The position numbers and the translations under genes were made by a program. Positions 23,650-37,034 of a stretch of 64,000 bases of DNA are shown here, piece by piece. This DNA comes from Octopus vulgaris (taxonomy: Eukaryota): the NCBI GenBank assembly GCA_951406725.2, contig OX597815.1:202864001-202928000 (forward strand). Reading direction: 5' to 3'. The notes under the pieces were generated by a model that worked only from the letters and a program-made list of their open reading frames with translations, did not search any database and had not been told where the DNA came from. Positions within the stretch are counted from its first letter, which is position 1; every line of letters begins with the position of its first letter.

Positions 23650-24696
23650 TCATAGTCTATTACGAATACTACACTTGCCCATGGATAACACTTACTCTCT
23701 CGATCAATACATGAACCATTAAAGTAGTGCTAGATAACAGTCTAGTAGTTGTTTTTGTTTTTTTTTTGATAATCGTCTCGGATCAAACAGACATTTAGGA
23801 AACGCTTTGGCGTGATCGGAAATTTACATAGCTGAAGAAGTGTCTTTCAAATGTGTAACCTATAGTTTGTTAGAAGCAGCATATTACTGATCTTGAATAG
23901 TATTGGGCTGGAGGCCAAAGGGTAATACATGAGCAATATTTGGTGCATATTTAAAATGCACCAAATATCGCTCAGAAAATTTTCTCGATGAGAAATCAAA
24001 AAGCGTATCCATTGTACTTGCCCTTGAGTAATTATCGGTTATGATTTGATGCTAGAGTAATCACTCTATCAATCAATCAAATTCATTTATCGATGTTCAT
24101 TTATCTAGCCGATGTTATATAACGTAAATCAATAAATCTCATTTCCTAATCTAGTGAATATGTGATCAACTACATTATCTTCGAAATTGCACATCAACTC
24201 GTTATAAGTGAGCTTTGATTGTTGTTGCTGTTGTTGTTGTTGTCGCTGTTCTTGCTGCCGCTGTTTTCGGTGTTGTTTAGCTACATGAAAACCTGATTGA
24301 GCAGATCTGAAAAAATAACATAAATGCCATCCTCACGTTTTCTTTTAACAATAGCTTTGATTACATAAGAAAGGCCGATAGCACAGACTAGTTCAAATGT
24401 AAATTAAACACGATTGCAACAATAGCGGACCATCATTACATATAGTTAGTAAAAAAAATCCCAGTTATATTTCATTTTGTAGTGTAGTAACCAGTAGTTT
24501 TGTTAGATCACCGTTGTATATTACAAATCTGCAGTTTATCTATTCGAAAAAATTATGACTATAGTTTAGTCTTGGGTATTTTTAATATGTTCTCAATATT
24601 CTCACAATCACAAAGACTGGTGTAACTAAATAATTTGATGCATTTATTTTAGTACTTATAGAATATATCATTAACCTTAAAATTATACAAGATTGT

Positions 24697-24890
24697 AAGA
24701 CGGCTAACTGGCAAAATTGTTATCTCGCATTACAAAAATGCTTAGCAGCATTTCTTAAGTTCGGAGTTCAAATTTTGTCGAGGACGAATTTGTCTATCAT
24801 CGATGAAACGAGTACCAGTTAACACTAGGGTGGATCTAATCGACCTTCCCCTCCTCCAAAATTGATGGCCTTGTGCTATAATTTGAAACC
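24697..24890 (+). mobile_element. SINE family B, degenerate
   Basis: Reads GAGTTCAAATTTTGTCGAGG...GAGTACCAGTT...GGCCTTGTGC. Confidence 0.7.
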
Positions 24891-27800
24891 AGTATTATAT
24901 AATTTTGTATATATGCTAGATCAAATTTATACATGTTGCCGAAATGAACTCAGTGTGTAGTTGTTGGGACTAAATAACATTTATCTTTTAATCAATGAAC
25001 TACATTTCTAACACCTTTTTTTACTTTTGTCAACTAGAAAAGTTTTCTAAATTTATTTCGATTCACATTACTTTAAGAACCTGATGAAAAGATGTCTTTT
25101 TTTTCCCCTTTATTTTTTAACATGATGCGAAGAATCTATTGCATAAAACTGAAATTGAAACGTATATTTACATTTCAGAAATGATTGGTCTGAGAATGCG
25201 GTACCACTCAAAAGAACTCATCAGAATGAATCAAATCCAGATTTACTCGCTTAGTGAACATAATAAAATCAAACATCATACTGACAGCCATGATGAAATA
25301 GAGTGCGAAGAAAAGGTTATACAATATCATTTGAGCTTTGATAATTTATCTATTAAGTCAATATGCAGACAAAATTTACATTATTTTTCTTCATTATTTT
25401 TCTTCATTATTTGTCTTTTTCTTTCTTCATTAATTTGTTTCTGTTTTCTTTTTTCCTTTTTCTTTTTTTGAGGAGGATATTCATCTATACAAATGGTCTG
25501 ATGCTAAAAGTTTACCTAAGGCTAAACTATTTTCTTAAGAGAAATGTCTGTTTGCTTAGTCATATGATAATTAGAATCTTGAATATTAATAAGATCAAGC
25601 AATCTATATGACGCCATTCAGCAAACACACACATACACACATACACACACATGCATATGTGTATGTATACGCTGCTACAAGACATGTAAATCTGAATCCA
25701 TCTATTTACTGATACTTTAACATATTTTGTACTAAAACTATCGTATTCTATTTACTTTTATACTTTACCTTTTTAGAGAAAATTTTAATTTTAATTATAT
25801 TATATAATTCTAAAATTTCTGTATGCTTCATAATAAAATGTATGAAGTTCATATAATATGCTACTAGGATTGTTAAGAATTCTATCTCAATGTACCGCTA
25901 GCAAAAACGTTGTACATTTCAGACCAGGTTTTATTCATTTTTATTATATATTTTCTCTTCCACAGGCATACTTATTAAGTTGGACTCTCATAAAACCAAC
26001 ACCTACGCGAAAACTTTTTTAAGAAATATCATGGTAATTCTAGACAGGAAATTAGAGAGAAACTAACTGTCACATTTGCTGTGACAGTTTTATCGTCAAA
26101 AATATTGGTTTTAAAATGGTAGGTTTCATTACAAACACAGTAAAAAGAAAAGAACGACAGAAAGATAACTAGGACTTAAATATCATTGTGCTATACTTGG
26201 CTTTTAGTTTGACAATTTTGACATTTAATTTCTCATTCTACTTCGATTATTGAAGAAGAATCTAATTGCGTATTCTAATTCATAAGGAAAAATTTAAATA
26301 TCATATGAACTTTAATTTTAATTCAGAAAATTCTTTGAAATATGACTGCGGCTGAAAACGTATTATCACCATGAAACAGTTTCATTCTAACTGCGGCAAT
26401 GATGATGATGACAAGAGTGACATTCATTATAGTTATCACTATTATTGACGATGTTATCGTCGTAATCATTAATATTTGTCTGTGACATAGCTTGTTATAT
26501 AATCTTTTGTATATAAACTTAATTTTACAGTGAACATTATTCCTCTTCTAGAGGTGTTTGAGGTCGAAAATTCCTTTAACGGCGCAACACATGACCGATA
26601 TATTGAGTTCGAAATAAGTGTAGACAGGAAAAACTGCGAATAGGAGGTTGATGATTACATATTTTAGACTAAAATAGTCTTCAGAGACCTAGGTAATATA
26701 TTTACACTGATAGAGTTAATGATATCCTTTGAAGTTTAGAGAATTGCATAAATTATTCCGATCGCTTCACGACTAATCAATTCAATATTCATTGACTGCA
26801 ACGAGTGAGAAGGAATATTCTCATATTGAAATTGACAAACTACCCCACAGGACCAGAAAACACATCATTGTATGCATAATTATTATGCTTTCTCATAAAC
26901 CATTGCTACGAAACAGTAGTGGCTTTAGTGTAGTGACTGAAACATCAAACATTGTAATAATTAAAATACCTAAACGTGTTTACATTGTATATTGCTTAGA
27001 TACAATGACTTTCTTTGAGTGCGTCCCCAGTTCATATATAATCGGCATGAAGAATTTAGTTATGATATATAACAAAACCAATATTCAAGATTAAGCAATA
27101 CACTAATTTTTGAATTATCCAATATACATTTCAATAATTTTCAAATGATGAACATGAGACGTAGCATATCTTCATTAAGAAATATTTTTACGGCACCTGA
27201 AAGTACTAGTGATTTTCTGTACTCACACAAATGCTATTTTTACTTGTGTATTTAACCTGATCAGGGGCAATACGTTTAAGACCCACTTGTAGGCGACGTG
27301 TTGTAGGATGTATAAACTGTAGTAGACTTATTCTTTGATAATATACAAATTTAATTAAAATACCAGCAGCAAAGTCCTTTACTAAAATCATCGGCTTGCC
27401 TGCAATAGTCCGGAATCCATAGGTATTTCTAGCATTTAAATGCTGTATAAATATATACTACACTAGGCTGCGGTCATTAGTAACTCATCTACTGCCGCTT
27501 GTGGAATTGTACGCTATACAACATGAAAAAAACTTCTGCAGCTAACGTATCTGCGTCAATTTCCATCCACCTCTCACCGAACCACGCTTCAACCCCGAAT
27601 CTGCATTGCTACAACGAGACTTGCATAGCCCCAATACCCAACCTTCACACTCCACAAATCTTTCCTACCTGCATGATTTTATACTTTTCATTACAGGTTA
27701 TTTTTTCACCAGCTCTATATTTTCCCACCTTCCTCTATTTCACTTTCCCTACCCTTGATTCTAGCGTAACGATGATCTCCATGATGACTTTACGAAATAT

Positions 27801-30069
27801 CACCCTCGACGTAATACAGAGATCAATCTCAAGGTCGAGTCTAACACTTCTGCCGACATCGTCTGTCTTCCTTTCCCACCTACTAATGCCTCTTAGGTTA
27901 GTAACATCCTACAAACACTAAGGGGGTGTATACTCTGTTTTTGACAATTAGTTTAGAAATGAAAGAAACTGAAAAATAATATGCTATGTAATGTTTAATA
28001 AATATCTTTCAGAAAAAAACGCAAATTTTACAAATACTTTGGGAAAATCAGAAAAGATGTTTCATATCCTAAAGTGCCAACTAATATAATTAACGTAGTG
28101 ACCTTAATAAAATTACTCAGTTGAAATTACAGCCTTAATAAGAAAAGTAATTAGAATTAATGATAATTTTTATCGGTGGAATTAAAGAAAAGAACTCCAG
28201 TTTTCAATGTGATTAAAACTAAATAGTTACAACAATTTTGAATCCGTTTTTGTTTAATCTCCATAGTTACTAATGCCTCTTGTCGATTTCTGATAAACGG
28301 CTAAGTGTAAGTTAAGTATAAGCATAATCTCTTCTAAACTGCAATTTAATGAAATAGTTGTGCGTTGTAATTCTATGGCAGTTTTACATGTGAATTACTA
28401 AAGGTGTGTGTTAACTTGCTTATTCTTATATTTTATATAATTTTAGATTCGGTTAGCGGAATGCGTCAGCTATTTGTCATTACACACGTTATTCTTATCA
28501 TCTCATTTACAAATAAAGCCCCCGCTTAACATTAGACAACTTAGATTTTTTTACCTACTTTTGCAATGTATAGACACTTTATGATCATCTTTCAAATATA
28601 TATATAGGTTAGACGGTATTTTTATGTCTATGTTGATAGTACACAATCTTTTTAATTCCCACTTGGATCAACTTTCGATCAACTATAATGATAATAAAAT
28701 TTTATTATATTTCAGATTTATGCAAGAAGAAAAATGCAAAATATTTGAAACATACTTAAATTTCATCACAACATAACAAGTAGAAAATTGTGAAAAAATA
28801 AAAGACATTTAATACAGATATCAATCGTGAAGCATTTCTAGATGTCCTACCTTGTCTATTGTTCGTTTTGATATTGTTTTAGTTTTACAAATATGGAAGA
28901 GTTTGTGATAGGTTCACGTGATCAATATCTGAAGCAATGGCTTGAAATATGTTAGAAGATATCTCCAAAATTTAGTAGTGCTAACGCTTTGAGGATGTTA
29001 AAGTGAGGTTATAAAACCATTTCATTCAAGATGGTTTTCGCTTCAATTCCAGTTTCGAAATTTCAATGGGAGACGATTTTATTGCAACTTAACTTCAATA
29101 CTTCAGAATCACTATAATACCATACTCTTTAATGTCTTATTGCGGATATATTTATTGCATATTTAAAGAAAAAATACAATTCCATGTGTACATTCATTTT
29201 AGGCCTTAAACATATTTTCTATTAAATATGTTGCTGTGGCTGTTCTTACGAAAACGCATGGTTGAATTATCATTAGATTTATTTTTCTTTATTATTTATT
29301 CTTCTTTTCTCATCCTTAAAGCATTTGTAATATATAGAACAGTATTAGTATTTTATCGACAAATCAACAAAGTTACCATTCACTATGTGATTACTGTGTT
29401 CTCTGTGTGTTTACATATCCTTAAAATTTCACGTTTAATATTTATGATATCATGTATTGTAGAATACAAACAAAACCCAGCGTCCTTATATGTATAGGAA
29501 ATTGTTCAGCTAAAAGCAAATAGTGAGCTTATGTTCTACACAACAGAAATAAAGATTTCATTCCTTGGATATCGTGTTGCTTTTTTTTATCGTATCGTGT
29601 TTGTATATTTTACATAAACATATAGTTGGGATACAGTTAAAATATTGAAATTATATAATTGACCAAAGACCACACATTTGGAGGTATGTATTTGCAATGC
29701 CATAAAATAGAAAATTATTTTAATCCTTTCATGAATTGTAGCGCTTACAGAGAAAAAAGTGGCATGGAATCATAACGATTCGGTGTGTCCGTACTTGTGT
29801 GTATGGATAAACTATCAGAAACATCGCCTTCCCGTGTCTTTCTGAAAAAGGCGGTGTTTCTCATTGTTTATCCATACACACAAACATGTACACACAGACA
29901 CGCGTGCACACGCTCAAATATATGTATGTATGCATATAAGGTTAAAGAATTAATACTAAGAAAATACGCGTTAAACGCAGTATCGAAATCTTATTTCAGT
30001 GTAAGTCCCAGGTCGTGTGTTTGCTGAGCACGTTCGCCACCTTATGGCTACCAGGCATCATCAGTGATA

Positions 30070-30690
30070 CTTAGCAAACATCATTGTAATAATTCCCAGA
30101 ATTCCAGGACGGATGTTGGGTGTATATTAAAGATAAAAAGACAAGGCGGATTGTACCAACAAAAAAATTATATTACCACAACGATTGTTTCATCTTCAAG
30201 ATGCACTGACTCCTTGTCAGCGTGGAACGATGCATTAACATCGGATGCAACGCACCGATGAAATAATGTTAAACTTAAAAAGGCCTCGAAAAACACCATC
30301 AATGAAAGCTTAAATAATTTATTTACATTCAATCCTCGCCTGACTGACAACCAACAACAGTTAACCACAGAAAATGATAGCCCTGAAACATCCAGAACAG
30401 ATAATGTACCTATAACAATGAACGTATAGAGCCTGCACGCCAACAGCATGCTGAATCCATAACCAATTATAACTGGAGTGATAGGAGAACCACTACACAA
30501 CCCCCGGTCACCAACAATGGCCACAAATAGGTGCTCCGGGAGGGACAAATTTACTTGCCCATTGGATAATCTTAGCATGACCCGTAACATCGCCAAAAAA
30601 TGCACTGTGAAGCGGAGGAGAGGCCCTTATGTGTACGTTGGTGCCACGGGTGGTTTTTTTCAGGAATCGATATAGAAATCACTATAGAAA
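30070..30690 (+). mobile_element. Penelope-like element remnant (GIY-YIG endonuclease region)
   Basis: ORF 30478-30675 (NRCSGRDKFTCPLDNLSMTRNIAKKCTV...YVYVGATGGFF) fits the Penelope C.C...CPL...Y...Y(I/V)G.T...F pattern; degraded. Confidence 0.65.
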
Positions 30691-30695
30691 TCTAC

Positions 30696-30945
30696 TATAG
30701 ACTCGGCCTGACGCTGACCAAAGCCTTGTGAGTGGATTTGGTACACGGAAAAATGAAAGCATATATGTACACATTTATGTGTCTGTGTTTCTTGCCCCAC
30801 CTTCGCTGGACAACTGATGTTGGTGTGCTGACGTTCCCGTAAGTTAGCGGTTCACCAAAACAAACCAATAGAATACGTACTAGGCTTACAAAGAATACGT
30901 TTGGGGTAGATTTGGGTAGATGACTGAAACGAGAATAAAAGTACA
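30696..30945 (+). mobile_element. SINE family C, 5'-truncated
   Basis: Reads GACCAAAGCCTTGTGAGTGGATTTGGTA...TTAGCGGTTC...GCTTACAAAGAATA. Confidence 0.8.
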
Positions 30946-32746
30946 TCTATATAATGCGTACATTTACATGGAATGCTAAGTACAGGATATGATATAAAAA
31001 ACAAAGGAAACGAAAGGTGTTATGCAATAGTCTTATCTTGACAGCTGTTTCGGGAGCTCCGTTGCTTATTCTGTACGCATGTTCAAACGTAATACATTGA
31101 TGTTGTAAGTGTATGTAATACCATAAGTTCTAATGGAGATGTTACGCGGAACCGCATCGAAAGAAAATGACAAAATGCCAATTTTTAGAAATGTTTATTA
31201 ATATAAACGTTTACAAAGAATAGAGTAGAGATAGTACGGAAAATTATAGAGGAAAGGACATGAATACTATAACAGCCTGGTCTGCAAGGTTGTAGACTAA
31301 AACAGGGAAGCTATTAACGGTAAATATCGGTAGCGATACACGCAGATTTAGAACGGAAACTGGTGCAAGTGGAAACACGGTTTGTTAGTAAGAAAGGAAG
31401 GAAGGAGAGGGAGGATTTTCACAGAGTTTCAGAGTGTACAAAGGGAACGCTACGTTTTGCCGTAAAAATATAATGATTTAGGTTGAGAGAAAGTTTTGTA
31501 GAACTAGCGCCGGAAGATTTCGTCATAGAAACGATTTTGTACAGAATACGTCTTGGTACAACAAACTAGTCACGACAACAAAATTTTCAAGTTTGCCAGT
31601 CCCCCGTGTAGGGAGTTTTACGACAAACTATGAGGTAGAACAGATTTTAGAGTATACTCTTAGCTTTGGGTCCTGTATATTGGTGTCAATTCTTGTTGAT
31701 TGTTTCGAGGTACTATTAGAGAAGGTGCTTGGTTGTGCAAGATAATGTCACGTAAAATCAATCATATCATCAATGTAGACCTTAGCTGAGTGAGTCTGTA
31801 GCACGGTGACTATAAATTTATACGCAAGAATTTGGCATTCAACGTGCAATTACGAGGTACTCTAGAATGGTACGTTTTCTTACAGGAGGTTAAGAGTGGT
31901 CTATCATTAACCTGATTTTACGCCAGGACTGAATTAATTATTTTGAAAATTAAATATTACCGAATTACTATCATGATTTTTGTAGAAATTATCCTCTCCT
32001 TTAATGTATTGTATACATACATAGTACTAAGTATGAAACTAGATGTACACCTGATAAAAAAGGAAGATATATTATCAAGAATACCGGATACGTACACCGA
32101 AATAATTCAGTAAAATAACAAAGGAAATATTGACAATTACAAAATACTTTGATATGGATGTTGTTTAGTCAAACACAGAAAATATCCAACATTTTTTTTT
32201 AAACAGCTAACAGACAATAATGCTATAGCTAACATAATGAGATTTTGAAATCCACAATCTTGCGGCACGGAAATAAGATTCTAATGCAAAGCAGTACGTG
32301 CTTCCCCAAACAGTTCGTGATAATTATCACATTATGCAATACAAAGCACAATGCTAATACTAATTACATGGCATTAATGCGGTTGAGAGTGCCTAGTAAT
32401 CACAGGATATACTACAGAATGTGACTGAGTCCAAAGAAAACACACACACATTCGTCAGATAAATGAAATATTAATACAAATATGCGTATGATACAATTTC
32501 TTTTGAAATTCTTAATAAAATATAGTTTATTTATTGCAACTATGACATTAAATAGACCCTAGTAATCTCTTTGTTCAAAATTCAGCTCAGTTTCACTATC
32601 TCGCTTAATTGCTTTACTAAAGTGTTTACTTTATATAGTGTAATTTTATTTGAGAGCATCCATTTGAATTTTTCCATCACAGTTTCTGCATGTATAATAA
32701 GCTTGCTACTGCTAAAGAAGAGTGAAATGCTAATACACACACACAC

Positions 32747-32790
<44 letters not shown>

Positions 32791-32936
32791 AAAATTCAAT
32801 TATCCGCACCAACGCACGGTTGCAACACCATATGGTTGTACCTCCAACCGTGCTGTCTTCTGCTGTGATTTTTGCTACCAAGGTATCGGTTAAACTTTTG
32901 ATTAATCTGCAACAGATTATTCATCTTTCTATTTCA

Positions 32937-32988
<52 letters not shown>

Positions 32989-32993
<5 letters not shown>

Positions 32994-33202
32994 TGCAGCG
33001 TGGAAGGTGTTTATAAGCCATTTAAGAAACACACAAAAGCCGTTCGATTCACTTCAATATTTAAGTTTAATTTGTCAGTGAACAGGTCGTGGATTTTAGC
33101 GACGAAAATATTTTGACAAATTAAACTTAAATATTGAAGTGAATCGAACGGCTTTTGTGTGTTTCTTAAATGGCTTATAAACACCTTCCACGCTGCAATT
33201 GT
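32989..33202. repeat. Perfect 89-bp inverted repeat (32989-33077 / 33114-33202) with a 36-nt spacer
   Basis: Arms were checked base by base and are exact reverse complements. Confidence 0.96.
33071..33120 (+). ncRNA. Minimal type-I hammerhead ribozyme with swapped G3:C8 core
   Basis: Reads TTTGTCA-GTGAACA-G-GTCGT-ggatttta-GCGAC-GAA-AA-ta-TT-T-TGACAAA. All three stems form, and the core differs from CUGANGA only by the compensatory C3G plus G8C change. Confidence 0.7.
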
Positions 33203-33407
33203 TTTCGTTTCAGCACACGATCTCAGATCAAATTACTTACATCTCGCTAACATATATATATATATAGGTGAGAAAGTTGGTGTGTGAAACCGGTAATTTC
33301 TTCTATGTTACTATATGAAAAAATTTATAACATTCTTCTAACATAACGACTTAAACATATTCTTTAACCTTATAAAGCAAGCCTTCTGTAGTTTTTTCAG
33401 TCTCTTC

Positions 33408-33468
<61 letters not shown>

Positions 33469-34037
33469 AACACATATATATTAAATAGATATCGATAAAT
33501 ATTAAATACACAGGCACGCACATGCACACACGTGTTTGTGTGTGTGTGCATATACTTATAAGTATTTGACACTTCTGGTGCCAGCAACAAGTTATTATAC
33601 ATGCAGATGCTGCGATGGAAAAATTTTAAAAACCTTTGCGGAAAAGAAAATACGCTAATAGAAAATTTTTAAAAAAAGACAGTAAATTTCGGTTGTAGGT
33701 CAATAATTTCAAGTGTCCGATAATTCGAGTACATAGACTCAACTGGTACTTATTTCATCGACACCGAAATGATCAAAAACAAAGTTGATCTCGAAAATAT
33801 CGCTAAAATTTATTCATTGCCATTGCTGTAGAAAATATAATATTAAAGTTTATTTAAAAGTTCTAAATAATCTACATATCTTCTGTAACAAATGCGAACA
33901 GCCAGTTCTCTGAGCGAAATGTGTTACTAGTAAGACAGTGGTTGTATCTTTATTTTTCAATTTCTCCCTTACAAATTTGTCTTCTTTCGATTTCTAATCT
34001 ACTCATATTCTTACATATTTGTCTTTCCAGTACTATA

Positions 34038-34084
<47 letters not shown>

Positions 34085-35149
34085 GTACATATCCTCTGTC
34101 TTTTTTTATAGTTTTTGCAGATGCTTATATTTAAGGAAATAATGTTTGTCCGATCTAATTTCCAAATCGTTCGACCGAGCTGACTCGGAGATTTCACTAA
34201 ATAAACTCTTTAGTTTAGAATTGTTTAATGTTTCGAGACCTGCAGTCTCTAGCATCGTATCGGTATTTAAAATCGAAGACGTAGTCAGATCTCGAGGGCT
34301 AGCAAATCTCATAAAGAGGAATCAATGAAGAGTGAAATAGTTCGTGTCTAAAAACCGTCGAACCTTGGGACCACCATCTTGCCAACACCATGTCAACCAA
34401 AACCGTTCGTTGTGTCCATAAAGCTAGATAATACGGGAGGACTACAAGATTTCCTGTTTTATATTAATATAGATGAATAAAAAAGAAATAATGGTGTCTA
34501 GATTATCAGACATGGTCAATGGCTTAGTTCTACAAGTAAAGTATTTCTCTGTAAATTGAATTATACTTGAAATACTATGTTACGGGGGTTCATGTCGCTA
34601 CGAGCCGTAGTATGGCACTTATCTACTAAATCAAGTAGAAGTGACTGTAATCTTATCCGTAAGCCCTAAATAGCTAGCGCGACACCAATATGTGGCATTT
34701 GTAAGTGCTTCTCTGAATTTTAAAAGATTCATATAAATATGAATATAAAAAATAATTGTTCTTAATTATTTCTACATCATTTAGACATTTCCTCACAAGA
34801 TATTAAACTGCAATAGACCCATGTAAAGAAAATTGTGAACATATTAATTTTCAAGATCATAATGAAAATTCCTAAAGAAATTTTAATTAACGCATGTGAC
34901 AATCTGTTTACGGCAAAATGTAGCTACTAAATAGATTAATTAATTGCGAATCATTTTCAATGGGGAAATTTATACACATGATTTGATACATCTGTCTTTG
35001 TCTAAAGTCACCTGGCTTGCTGTCATGTAACAGATAACCTTCATTTAGGATAGTCAATAACTTCAGTTTGAATAACATACGCAGTCACTCAATCCAATGC
35101 TAAAAGAAACCGATATAACATCAATGCACTTGATATCAGTCAAATTCAG

Positions 35150-35229
<80 letters not shown>

Positions 35230-35233
35230 CATT

Positions 35234-35277
<44 letters not shown>

Positions 35278-35329
35278 TATTATTATTATTATTATTATTA
35301 TCATCATCATCATTATTATTATTATTATT

Positions 35330-35361
<32 letters not shown>

Positions 35362-35375
35362 TATTATTATTATTA

Positions 35376-35433
<58 letters not shown>

Positions 35434-35500
35434 CATCATTATTATTATTATTATTATCATCATCATCATCATTATTATTATTATTATTATTATCATTATT
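35150..35500. repeat. Compound (ATT)n/(ATC)n microsatellite
   Basis: Direct reading. Confidence 0.97.
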
Positions 35501-36058
35501 GAGTGAGCGAGCAGAGCATGCCATCAAAGTGACACAGGGGTAAAATATACGAAGCCCAGTATACCCATCATGACTACCCGTCTGATAAGGGTACACCAGG
35601 CACATGCATCACAACCATATGTGCGCGACATGGTGATCTCATATCAAGATAAACAGCACATGACCTTGCAGGTGGAGCCCAGTTAGAATTTTCTTCAGAT
35701 CGAGTAACCCATCCCGCTCAAAAGGTCCCTGAATAAGGGTTGTTTAAGGACGTTGAACGAAACACCCATGTTTCCAGAGGTGAATTATTCAAACCCCAAA
35801 GTATCCTTCTCAACACATGGCTATGATGCTCCCCCACTACTTCTGCTCGTGATCAAAGATGCACATATCGTCAGCCACTAAGGGACATGCTCAACTGGTT
35901 AAGGTCAAACAACTGACAAGCAAATCTGTGGTATTGAGCAGAATATTTGCTGGAGCCCATCTTTTATACCAAGACAAAACAATGTACATGATAACACTTC
36001 CAATCAGTTAAGATCAGAAGCCATGAGAGCCACTGCCTGGTACTGCATAAGGGCATTT
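35501..36058 (-). mobile_element. 558-bp (AAT)n-associated element, copy 3
   Basis: Reverse-complement homolog of 6579-7136. Confidence 0.88.
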
Positions 36059-36088
36059 ATTATCATTATTATTATTATTATTATTATT

Positions 36089-36646
36089 GAGTGAGAGAGC
36101 AGTTCATGCCATCAAAGTGACACTGGGGTAAAATATACGAAGCCCAATATACCCATCATGACTACCCGTCTGATAAAGGTACACCAGGCACATGCATCAC
36201 AACCATATGTGCGCGACATGGTGATCTCATATCAAGATAAACAGCACATGACCTTGCAGGTGGGGCCCAGTTAGAATTTTCTTCAGGTTGAGTAGCCCAT
36301 CCCGCTCAAACGGTCCCTGAATAAGGGTTGTTTAAGGATGTTGAAAAAACCACCCATGTTTCCAGAGGTGAATTATTCAAACCCCAAAGAATCCCTCTCA
36401 ACACATGGCTATGATGCTCCCCCACTACTTCTGCTCGTGATCAGAGATGCACATATCGTCAGCCACTAAGGGACATGCTCAACTGGTTAAGGTCAAGCAA
36501 CTGACAAGCAAATCTGTGGTATTGAGCAGAATATTTGCTGTAGCCCATCTTTTATACCAAAGCAAAACAATGTACATGATAACACTTCCAATCAGTTAAG
36601 ATCAGAAGCCATGAGAGCCACTGCCTGGTACTGCATCAGGGCATTT
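36089..36646 (-). mobile_element. 558-bp (AAT)n-associated element, copy 4
   Basis: In tandem with copy 3 through a short (ATT)n spacer; followed by (ATT)n to about 36830. Confidence 0.88.
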
Positions 36647-36698
36647 ATTATTATTATAATAATAATAATAATTATTATTATTATTATTATCATTATTA

Positions 36699-36832
<134 letters not shown>

Positions 36833-37034
36833 GCTATCATGTGAAATTGGTTAAACGAAATTTCGGCAACTAGCGTGCCTTCCACAGGTGCCACAGGCAC
36901 GCTAGATGTCGAAATATCGTTCAACCAAGTTCACATACCTATGACACTCTTCTGTTTATTTCTCTATTATTTCTGGAGGAGTTACAGCAATCCTATATAA
37001 TCTTTAAAAAAATAATTAAAAGTAGACTGACATG

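Noticed and set aside
29980-30070. Minus-strand GTATCA-CTGATGA...GAAATAAGATTTCGATAC, a possible long-loop hammerhead
   Set aside because: Stem I is plausible, but no convincing stem II closes next to the core; left uncalled.
35063-35605. Poly-N/D, poly-L/S and poly-I/M ORFs (also many YI, VC and HT ORFs elsewhere)
   Set aside because: These are stop-free frames of simple repeats.
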